In this document: piece after piece, positions 20,393-27,997 of the stretch | How the letters are laid out: each line of letters starts with the position of its first letter | How positions within the stretch are numbered: position 1 is the stretch's first letter | DNA from: Candidatus Hermodarchaeota archaeon | GTDB taxonomy: Archaea > Asgardarchaeota > Hermodarchaeia > Hermodarchaeales > Hermodarchaeaceae | Direction of reading: 5' to 3' | DNA length: 64,000 nucleotides | Assembly (NCBI GenBank): GCA_016839805.1 | Contig: JAEOTO010000015.1 | Span: forward strand, 32,001-96,000 | The notes under the pieces: model-generated | What the model saw: the letters and a program-made list of their open reading frames with translations, nothing else | Database searches by the model: none | What the model was told of the DNA's origin: nothing | Made by a program: the position numbers and the translations under genes

Positions 20393-21172
20393 ATGCCATT
20401 GAAAGTTCAACCACTATCGAAATCTACAAAAGAAGTTGAAGATTTCCTTCGCAAAGACCTTCCATTTAATGGTCTACCTCTTTATGATTTGACAATAGCA
20501 AGGAATCAGTGCGAGTGGTTCACTGCGCATGACAAGAATCGCCTGGTTGGTTGTCTAATCGTTTTCAAAGGAGGACGGGGTATGTATAGTTTCTTCACCC
20601 GAGGAGACCTCAAAGCTGTTAAACTGCTAGTCTCCCTCCTCCCATATTCCTCGATTTTTGCCATCGTTCCACAAGATCACCGGGTACTAGTCGAAGAACA
20701 TTACCAATTCCTAACGATTGGAAAATTTCTCCTAATGGACCTTACTGAAAACCAGTATCGGAAGCCTGAAACCCATCCAACCGAACGGCTAACACTAAGA
20801 AATCTTGAGGAAGTCAATGATTTCTACCTTACAACGAATGCCGGTGCCTGGAATCCCACACAACTGGAAATAGGGTCATTTCATGGCATTCGAGTGAGTG
20901 AAAAATTAGTGTCCATCTGTGGCACAATTGGTGTCTATCAAAAAAAGCCAGGGGTTTCTGTAATCGGTAATCTAGTTACTAAGCCAAAATTCGAGGGACA
21001 TGGCTTCGGTACAAGTGTCTTATGTGGTGTAATTGATGATCTCTTCAAGAACTATCAACACGTTACCCTCATGGTTGAATCCGATAATCATACCGCCCTT
21101 CGCATCTACGACCGTTTAGGATTTACACTTCATGCAACTCAAACTATTGGTGTATGCCAGCGACGAGTCTAG
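20393..21172 (+). CDS. GNAT acetyltransferase (FR47-like C-terminal domain)
   Basis: IGNLVT.P.F.G.G.G and N..A.RIY.RLGF motifs. Confidence 0.85.
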   Translation: MPLKVQPLSKSTKEVEDFLRKDLPFNGLPLYDLTIARNQCEWFTAHDKNRLVGCLIVFKGGRGMYSFFTRGDLKAVKLLVSLLPYSSIFAIVPQDHRVLVEEHYQFLTIGKFLLMDLTENQYRKPETHPTERLTLRNLEEVNDFYLTTNAGAWNPTQLEIGSFHGIRVSEKLVSICGTIGVYQKKPGVSVIGNLVTKPKFEGHGFGTSVLCGVIDDLFKNYQHVTLMVESDNHTALRIYDRLGFTLHATQTIGVCQRRV

Positions 21173-21218
21173 TCTTTGAGAGGAAACATTTTTAATTTAG
21201 AAAGTTGAACTCGGTCTT

Positions 21219-21376
21219 GAGGCGTATCCGGTGAGGATGAATCTTCAGGATAAATAGGCCTTTTCGCCATGTGGACAGTGAGATTGGCGAATCTTTTTCA
21301 AAATCATCTTTTGGATGGAAAATGAGATGGAAAGACTGGACAGATAATCGTGTCTGAATGCGATTGGGTTAGTCCA
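21219..21376 (+). ncRNA. Candidate structured ncRNA (four tandem hairpins)
   Basis: TATA-like TTTTTAATTT at 21189-98 about 20-25 nt upstream; four back-to-back stems with G-U pairs on the + strand; no ORF longer than 20 codons seen on +. Confidence 0.45.
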
Positions 21377-21462
21377 ATTTATATTAATTAAATACTAATT
21401 CTTTTAGAAAACCTTTTATACTAAAGGTGCCTACCTCGAACCAAAACATAGGAGGCGTAACC

Positions 21463-22512
21463 ATGCCCCTTACCCAAGAGCCTATAGCAGAACTCACCAA
21501 CGTTGTCAGAATCTATACAAAACCCCTCCGACGCCCGAGAAAAGGCACTCTTCGCCGCTTTGTCGGATTCCTTAAGCGCGAGAAGCAAAAGATCCGAGCC
21601 TTAGACGGTGTGAGCTTCAAAATTCATCCAGGTGAATGTGTAGCCCTGCTAGGGCCAAATGGGGCTGGGAAATCCACCACCGTCAAACTACTCAGTGGCA
21701 TCTTACACCCCACTTCGGGTCAAGTACGTCTCTTCAATTCAGACCCCTATCACAACAGAATCGACTGTGCCATGCAATATGGAGTCGTATTCGGGCAACG
21801 TAGCCTCTTATGGACACATGTTCCGGTTCATGAAAGCCTGAAGTTATATCAGAAAATGTATAACATCCCGAAATCCATCTTCGAAGAACGACTCAAAGAA
21901 TTCACTGAAATCCTTGAAATCAAAGAACATCTTCCGACAGCTCCACGACGTCTTTCCTTAGGCGAACGAATGCGATGTGAAGTCATTGCAGCATTATTAC
22001 ATCAGCCCAAAGTGATCTTTCTTGATGAACCAACGGTTGGTCTAGATGTTGTAGCGAAAAAACGAATTCGGGATTTCATTCGCCGCATGAACCGAGAAGA
22101 AAAAGTTACTGTTCTCCTTTGTAGTCACAGCATGCGCGACGTTGAAGAACTTAGTGATCGCATCATTCTAATCTCTAAAGGTCACATCAAATTTGACGGA
22201 CCTAAACGCCGACTCAAACACCAATGGAGCAACGAACGCAAAATTCGAATCATCTATAAAAAACCAAACGTTGCTAACTGGCAAAACCAACTCGAGGGGA
22301 CTCCCGGGGTAATAAATATCCAAGCAGAAAATGGTCAAGTTAATCTTCGAATCAATCAAGATCAAGTCCATGTCAGTGATATCATGAAGAAGCTGATGGA
22401 CATGCTGATAGTTGATGATATCGAAGTTACTGAACCAAATCTCGAAGACATAATTCGCGAAATATTTGGCGACGAAGAACGCACCCTCAATCAACTGGCG
22501 GAGGTAACTTGA
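21463..22512 (+). CDS. ABC-2 type exporter ATP-binding protein
   Basis: GPNGAGKST, LSLGERMR and FLDEPT motifs; GGAGG at 21451-55 before ATG 21463. Confidence 0.92.
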   Translation: MPLTQEPIAELTNVVRIYTKPLRRPRKGTLRRFVGFLKREKQKIRALDGVSFKIHPGECVALLGPNGAGKSTTVKLLSGILHPTSGQVRLFNSDPYHNRIDCAMQYGVVFGQRSLLWTHVPVHESLKLYQKMYNIPKSIFEERLKEFTEILEIKEHLPTAPRRLSLGERMRCEVIAALLHQPKVIFLDEPTVGLDVVAKKRIRDFIRRMNREEKVTVLLCSHSMRDVEELSDRIILISKGHIKFDGPKRRLKHQWSNERKIRIIYKKPNVANWQNQLEGTPGVINIQAENGQVNLRINQDQVHVSDIMKKLMDMLIVDDIEVTEPNLEDIIREIFGDEERTLNQLAEVT

Positions 22513-23343
22513 ATGCGAACCCAAGATATACTTCGTCAACTAAAACTACTCCCTAGCTATCTACGGCTTTCCCTTCTTCGTACTGCAGAAGACAAAATCC
22601 AGCTTTGGGGAGCTTTCGCCACCTCGATAATAAGCATCGTATTGTATGTGTTCTTCTGGAATGTTATCACATACCAAATCCCAGTACTCACAGGTGTTGG
22701 ATGGGTAGTATGGGGTCGAGCGGAACTAACCTTCCTGATTGGTGTAACAGAAATTGCATGGGGGTTTGGTTCATTTGCATATATGGGGCTCTGGGAAGTA
22801 CACTGGTATATCACAGAGATTGGATTAGAAGAATTCCGGATTCGACCTGTAAGCTCTATCTACCAAATATTCGCTCAGAATTTTTGGGCAGGTGGACTGC
22901 TCCAAGTGGCTATAGGGGGAGCTATGCTTTTCCTCTCTACGATTACCTTCGGATTAGTAATAATTCCAATCAATTTGGTATTAGGGATTTTCGCCCTCCT
23001 TATTGGACAAGCAGCCTTGTACATCCTTTGGGGCTGTCTATGCTGTTTGGCCTTTTGGATAGGACGAAATCAGGGTTTACTCGAGGTCTCTGATGCCGTG
23101 GAAATGAATTTTGCCCGAATGCCAATAGACATCATGCCACTTGGTGTTCAGTATTTCCTCACTTTCATCTTACCAGTGATTTTCATCTCCACTATCCCAA
23201 CTATGATTATGTTAGGTCAATTACCTCTAGGGTTAATATTGGTCTATTTTGTGATTGCAGGTGTTCTCGTTTTAGTATGGAGCGTCGTATTCAGATCTCT
23301 CTGGGCAAAGGGGGTAAAACGGTACCAACCTGTTGGAGGCTGA
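22513..23343 (+). CDS. ABC-2 family permease (DUF990-like)
   Basis: About 6 TM helices; RP and P.DI.P motifs; follows the ATPase gene. Confidence 0.85.
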   Translation: MRTQDILRQLKLLPSYLRLSLLRTAEDKIQLWGAFATSIISIVLYVFFWNVITYQIPVLTGVGWVVWGRAELTFLIGVTEIAWGFGSFAYMGLWEVHWYITEIGLEEFRIRPVSSIYQIFAQNFWAGGLLQVAIGGAMLFLSTITFGLVIIPINLVLGIFALLIGQAALYILWGCLCCLAFWIGRNQGLLEVSDAVEMNFARMPIDIMPLGVQYFLTFILPVIFISTIPTMIMLGQLPLGLILVYFVIAGVLVLVWSVVFRSLWAKGVKRYQPVGG

Positions 23344-23347
23344 GAAA

Positions 23348-24172
23348 ATGGCACAACGATCTCGACTTCGTAGTTATTTGGCAGTATCTGAAATCTCATT
23401 TCGAAATATGCGCCAGTATACCATAGAATTTCTAACTACCTTTGCGTACTTCCCCGCCCAATTAATCGCCCTATTCTTTGTCTATTCTATCGTTTACTTT
23501 CAAGCCCTGATTCTCAATGGTGTCACTGTAATTGGTGGGTTTACATTCCCCCAACTGATTAGTTATCTCTTCATTGCTATTATCATGTATCACGTTATCC
23601 CAGTTTATCGATTGAGTGGTGAAGTGGAAAAGGACATCGTCCGAGGTCCACTCATCTCTTATCTGGCAAAACCCATTGACTATGCAGGATTCAAATTCTT
23701 CGGAGAACTCCCCCGCACTCTTCTCTACCTCTTCTTCGGCGCTATTACCTATAGTATCACATTGATCTTCATACCACTCCCAATGCCATCCCTACTCAAC
23801 ATCCTCTTATTCATCCCCTTCTTCTATCTCGGTTATCTAATGGCCTTTCTACTCATATTTACGATGGCCTTGGCCGCCTTCTGGGTGAGTCACCAATGGT
23901 GGTTACGGCATCTGTTCAGCCTGTTAATGGCCATCATAGGCGGTGGACTAATTCCACTCAGCTTCTATCCACACACTATTCAACTCGTTCTGAGTATCCT
24001 TCCCTTCCAATACCTCTACTTTGTTCCCGCAATAATCTTTCAAGGCTACTACCTCCCTGAACTTCTAATACCACTCGCTGTACTTGGGGTATTTTGGCTT
24101 GTCATCGTTTATGGCCTATCGCGTCTAGTCTGGTATCGAGGACGCCACCAATATGAGGGTGCAGGGGGTTAA
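23348..24172 (+). CDS. ABC-2 family permease (DUF990-like)
   Basis: DI..G....YL.KP, GG.LIPL.FYP, LPFQY and Y.G.GG motifs. Confidence 0.85.
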   Translation: MAQRSRLRSYLAVSEISFRNMRQYTIEFLTTFAYFPAQLIALFFVYSIVYFQALILNGVTVIGGFTFPQLISYLFIAIIMYHVIPVYRLSGEVEKDIVRGPLISYLAKPIDYAGFKFFGELPRTLLYLFFGAITYSITLIFIPLPMPSLLNILLFIPFFYLGYLMAFLLIFTMALAAFWVSHQWWLRHLFSLLMAIIGGGLIPLSFYPHTIQLVLSILPFQYLYFVPAIIFQGYYLPELLIPLAVLGVFWLVIVYGLSRLVWYRGRHQYEGAGG

Positions 24173-24304
24173 AGACAAATTCAAAACCATATTGCAAATA
24201 ATGATGAATTGATAATTTAGATATCTAAAGGCAAATGAATATGATTGAACTCATAGCGAAAGATGGGATTAAATATAACATCATACGACCACCATCGACT
24301 ACAG

Positions 24305-25063
24305 ATGCCATTTCACCTTATTGACGGAAAACAACTGTTTTATCAGATTCAGGGTCAAGGATTACCCTTAGTCCTAATCCATAGTTCGATGCAAAGCCAC
24401 CGACAGTGGCAATACCAACAGAGCATAGCGAAGCAGGAACGACTCATTTTATTAGATTTGCCTGGGCATGGTCAATCCGAGCAATTGGATGGTGACGTTT
24501 CAGTAAAGCGTTTAACAAGCATTGTTGCCCAACTCATTCAAAAATTAGATTTCGATAAAATCATTTTTCTGGGACACTCCATCGGTGGAGCAATCGGACT
24601 TCAGTTTGCCCTTGATTATGCTGAACTTTTAGAGGGACTCATATTAGTTGGAACAGGAGCAAAAATGGGTGTGTTTCCAGCGATTTTGGAAGATATCCGA
24701 ACGCATTATCATGAGGGCATTGAACTTACCATTGGTCAGCTCGGATTTGGATCAACTGCGGACCCCAAGCTCGTCGAATTTGCAAAGCAAGAATGTTTTC
24801 ACTGTAATCCTAAGGTGGCCTACGATGATTTTAATGCCTGTAACAACTTTGACGTTCGACAGCGACTCAACCAAATACACATACCAACCCTAGTCATTGT
24901 AGGGGATGAAGACCAACTCACACCCTTGAAGTGGTCTCAATTCCTCGCGAACCAGATACCCAATGCTGACTTGGTGGTCATCGAAAGTGCAGGTCATATG
25001 GTGATGATGGAACAACCCGAGCAATTCAACAATGCTATCAAGTCATTTCTTCAGAAATTTTGA
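24305..25063 (+). CDS. Alpha/beta hydrolase
   Basis: DLPGHG.S, GHSIGG, G.ED and AGH motifs; start 24305 or 24263. Confidence 0.9.
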   Translation: MPFHLIDGKQLFYQIQGQGLPLVLIHSSMQSHRQWQYQQSIAKQERLILLDLPGHGQSEQLDGDVSVKRLTSIVAQLIQKLDFDKIIFLGHSIGGAIGLQFALDYAELLEGLILVGTGAKMGVFPAILEDIRTHYHEGIELTIGQLGFGSTADPKLVEFAKQECFHCNPKVAYDDFNACNNFDVRQRLNQIHIPTLVIVGDEDQLTPLKWSQFLANQIPNADLVVIESAGHMVMMEQPEQFNNAIKSFLQKF

Positions 25064-25083
25064 GTATTTCATCGAATATTTCT

Positions 25084-25249
25084 GGATGCCGGTATAGGAG
25101 TCCTTATAGAGTTTCACTCCATATTGGGGCTGCTTCTCTTAGATGGGCGGAGATAACGAGAAGCTATTGGAAGTATGGTCGCATTGGCGGGATTGTCACA
25201 TGCCACCCAGCTGTTGACGATTCTTCTAGTCTCCGCCCCCCGCCATTTT
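25084..25249 (+). ncRNA. Candidate multi-pseudoknot structured RNA
   Basis: Perfect pairings GGGCGGAGA/TCTCCGCCC (9 bp), GCTTCTC/GAGAAGC (7 bp) and TGGCGGG/CCCGCCA (7 bp), plus G-U-containing stems; ends CCA + TTTT. Confidence 0.55.
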
Positions 25250-25316
25250 CTATAATCTGTAAATTTTTCTAAATCTTATTGTAAATGGTTAACAAAATTC
25301 CATTGAAGGGATTAAT

Positions 25317-26141
25317 GTGCCTGAACTTCCTGATATCCTTCTGCTAGCAGAAAGCATGAACAAAGCATTAGTTGAAAAGATAATTTTCGATTCCAAGGTG
25401 AACCAGCCCAAAGTCTTGAACTATTCTAAATCCACATTTCAAAAGCGTGTTAAAGGACGTTGTTTTCAGGGGTTTCGTCAACGAGGGAAATGGGTGATTA
25501 GTTATTTAGATAATAAATGGATGATTGCATTCAATTTGGGGATGGGGGGTGAACTTCGACTTCATTGGTCCGTTGAGACACCAGATCCAAAACGAGAAAG
25601 AATCATCTTCTTCTTCGAAAACGGTGATCAACTCTGGGTGCATTTTTGGTGGTTTGGACATGTTCACCTCATTAAACCCGGAAATGAAGCAAAACACGCA
25701 CAATTAGGTACACTTGGTATTGAACCACTTAGTGATGCATTTACATCAGAGGTTCTCGCTTCGATACTTCAAAACAAAAAGGGGCGCATCAAAAGTTACT
25801 TGCTGGACCAAAAGTTCATTGCAGGTATAGGTAATGTTTACGTCCAAGATATTCTCTGGTATGCTCGCCTTCACCCTAATCGTAAAGCCAATACACTCAA
25901 TCTAGTTGATATTGAACGCCTCCATGAAGCTATCCAGCACGTTCTTCAGGAGGGCATTCGTTGGGGTCCTGGTCCCGGAGAGCAAGATGTATGGGGGCAA
26001 CGAGGTCAGTGGGGAAAAAAACCAGGATGGCCACAAATAGCCTACAGGACAGGAAAATCCTGCCCTACATGTCAAACAGTCGTGGAAGAGGTACGGATCG
26101 GGAGTACCACGAGTTATATCTGTCCGCATTGTCAAAGCTAG
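25317..26141 (+). CDS. Fpg/Nei family DNA glycosylase
   Basis: N-terminal PELP, RGK, LGM.G, H2TH motif LLDQ..IAGIGNVY, C-terminal CPTC/CPHCQ zinc finger. Confidence 0.9.
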   Translation: MPELPDILLLAESMNKALVEKIIFDSKVNQPKVLNYSKSTFQKRVKGRCFQGFRQRGKWVISYLDNKWMIAFNLGMGGELRLHWSVETPDPKRERIIFFFENGDQLWVHFWWFGHVHLIKPGNEAKHAQLGTLGIEPLSDAFTSEVLASILQNKKGRIKSYLLDQKFIAGIGNVYVQDILWYARLHPNRKANTLNLVDIERLHEAIQHVLQEGIRWGPGPGEQDVWGQRGQWGKKPGWPQIAYRTGKSCPTCQTVVEEVRIGSTTSYICPHCQS

Positions 26142-26164
26142 ACTCACATGCAGGTTTGATTTAT

Positions 26165-26617
26165 ATGACGAAAAAAGCAATTCAAGACCAGTGGTCTGAA
26201 CTTGACTCGATGTGTTGGGGTTGTGGAAGAAACAATAAAAATGGGTTGCAATTAAAGAGCTACTGGGAGGGGGATGAAACTGTTGCCACGTGGCATCCCC
26301 AACCATATCATTTAGCCTTTCCAGGAACCCTCTGTGGGGGAATTATCGCCAGCTTAATTGATTGCCACAGTACAAACACCGCTAACGCTGCAGCAAATAA
26401 AGAGGCAGAGAAAGAGTCTGGGTCAGATCCACCAAAGGGTTATGTTACAGGTTCATTGTTTGTGAAATACCTCAAACCAACTTCTGTGGACAAACCAGTC
26501 ATATTACGTGCCAAAGTCAAGGAACGTAAAGGACGAAAGATTACAGTGACATGTTCGCTTTACTCAGAAGGTATTGAAACGGCACAGGGTGAAGTAGTTG
26601 CCATACAATTTTTTTAG
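26165..26617 (+). CDS. PaaI/hotdog-fold thioesterase
   Basis: CWGCG..N..GL, GGIIASLIDC and VT..L.V.YLKP motifs; ATG at 26165 (the longer ORF overlaps the Fpg gene). Confidence 0.85.
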   Translation: MTKKAIQDQWSELDSMCWGCGRNNKNGLQLKSYWEGDETVATWHPQPYHLAFPGTLCGGIIASLIDCHSTNTANAAANKEAEKESGSDPPKGYVTGSLFVKYLKPTSVDKPVILRAKVKERKGRKITVTCSLYSEGIETAQGEVVAIQFF

Positions 26618-26685
26618 CTAGAATTTATGAATGAGCAAGGAATAATGAGGAACACAATTGGCAGAATCAGGCTGGTGATGAGCTT

Positions 26686-27453
26686 TTGAAGAAACGCATT
26701 CAACCACATATACGACTCGGTGAAGGTGACGTCGCGAAAATCGTGTTTATTGCAGGAAATCCCGACCGCGTCCCTAAAATTGCAAATAAGATGAAAGATC
26801 CTGCTGAAATTGGAAACTATCGCGGTCTCGTATCGTATCGCGCTTTTACTCCCGAAGGTGTTGAGGTTACAGTAGCTACCTCGGGGATGGGTACGCCCTC
26901 TACCCACATTGTCATCGAAGAACTCCATAAACTAGGTGCTGAAGTATTTATTCGGATTGGAACCTGTGGCGGTGTCAATCCCAAACTAAAAACTGGAGAT
27001 GTCGTTGTGGCGACAGGTGCAGTTCGTGATGAACTCACTAGCTCCAATTATGCCCCTATGGAATACCCGGCAGTCGCAACTCCAGAATTATATTTAGCCC
27101 TCCTCAAAGCGATTCAAGAGCTTCTTCCTACAACTCGCATTCATGCAGGCCTTGTTTGGTCAACTGATATCTACTATGATCATCGTGAGGGAGATATCTT
27201 AGGGCGGTGGACACGGGCACGCGTCCAATGTGTGGAAATGGAATCCTCATTACTTTTTGTCTTTGCACAAACCCGTGGAATCCATGCTGGTTCAATCTTA
27301 GCATGTGATGGCAACCTCCATTCCCACCAGAAAGGTGAACAGACCGATGAGACAGAACAAACCGGAGAACAGAACCCCCTCTTAGTGGAAGCCGTGTCTA
27401 AAGAAACTGAAGCCGCAATCAAAGCCGTTGATGAATTATACGCATCAAAATAG
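26686..27453 (+). CDS. udp: Nucleoside (uridine-type) phosphorylase, PNP/UDP family
   Basis: QPHI, G.PDRV, GMG.PS..I..EEL, RIGTCG and VEMES motifs. Confidence 0.8.
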   Translation: MKKRIQPHIRLGEGDVAKIVFIAGNPDRVPKIANKMKDPAEIGNYRGLVSYRAFTPEGVEVTVATSGMGTPSTHIVIEELHKLGAEVFIRIGTCGGVNPKLKTGDVVVATGAVRDELTSSNYAPMEYPAVATPELYLALLKAIQELLPTTRIHAGLVWSTDIYYDHREGDILGRWTRARVQCVEMESSLLFVFAQTRGIHAGSILACDGNLHSHQKGEQTDETEQTGEQNPLLVEAVSKETEAAIKAVDELYASK

Positions 27454-27581
27454 CTACTTTTCACGCCTCAAAGGATAGTGATAAGAAGGCAAAAGTCAAG
27501 ATATAGATTGTTAAGGAGCAACAACCCTTAACCCCTAAGCAAGTAGCTCTTCACTCGAAGCGGTCTTCATATCAGTAACTG

Positions 27582-27833
27582 ATGACTGATGAGGCTCATC
27601 CTAGGAGTGAAAAAACGTTGAGGCTAATCAAATGTACAATAAGAGGTCACGATTATGTACCTCTATACGCTAGACTCAACAATGACCCGGAAGGGCCCAT
27701 TGAAGGAATCATGCACGTTTGCCGGCGCTGCGGCAATCAGAAACCATTCCAAGGTTTACTCCGTAAGGGAGCTAAGCTCTTCAACGATAAGGGTCAGTGG
27801 CTGACCACCGTTGAAAAAGAAGCTGTTATCTAA
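27582..27833 (+). CDS. Small putative Zn-finger protein
   Basis: C...GH.Y ... C.RCG pattern. Confidence 0.6.
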   Translation: MTDEAHPRSEKTLRLIKCTIRGHDYVPLYARLNNDPEGPIEGIMHVCRRCGNQKPFQGLLRKGAKLFNDKGQWLTTVEKEAVI

Positions 27834-27997
27834 CTTTTTTGTCGAAAACTATTACAATTACTTCAGCTAACTGGCTATGATTTATCCCTCATTAGGAGCT
27901 GTTATGTTTTGCGAAATCAGCTGAAGGGTTGGAACCTGTTCCGTATAGTATACCTCATCGTGTTACTCATTGCCATGTTGGTGTACTTCGACTTTCA

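Noticed and set aside
24201-24250. Box C/D sRNA (ATGATGA)
   Set aside because: No CTGA D box at a suitable distance.
25222-25236. Group I intron R-like motif (minus strand GGAGACUAGAAG)
   Set aside because: No matching S element or P4-P6 core, and no interrupted host gene.
25185-25245. tRNA gene (GGCGGG...CCCGCCA)
   Set aside because: Only ~60 nt, with no TTCRA loop, D-arm or anticodon arm. Kept only as part of the ncRNA candidate.
25060-25272. 70-aa ORF over the structured region
   Set aside because: TTG start and no recognisable motif. The base-pairing pattern explains the region better.
27841-27992. Inverted repeats GTCGAA/TTCGAC and CTTCAGCT/AGCTGAAG between convergent genes (MITE or sRNA?)
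   Set aside because: One 8-bp and one 6-bp match in 150 nt is within chance. No target-site duplication or second copy seen.
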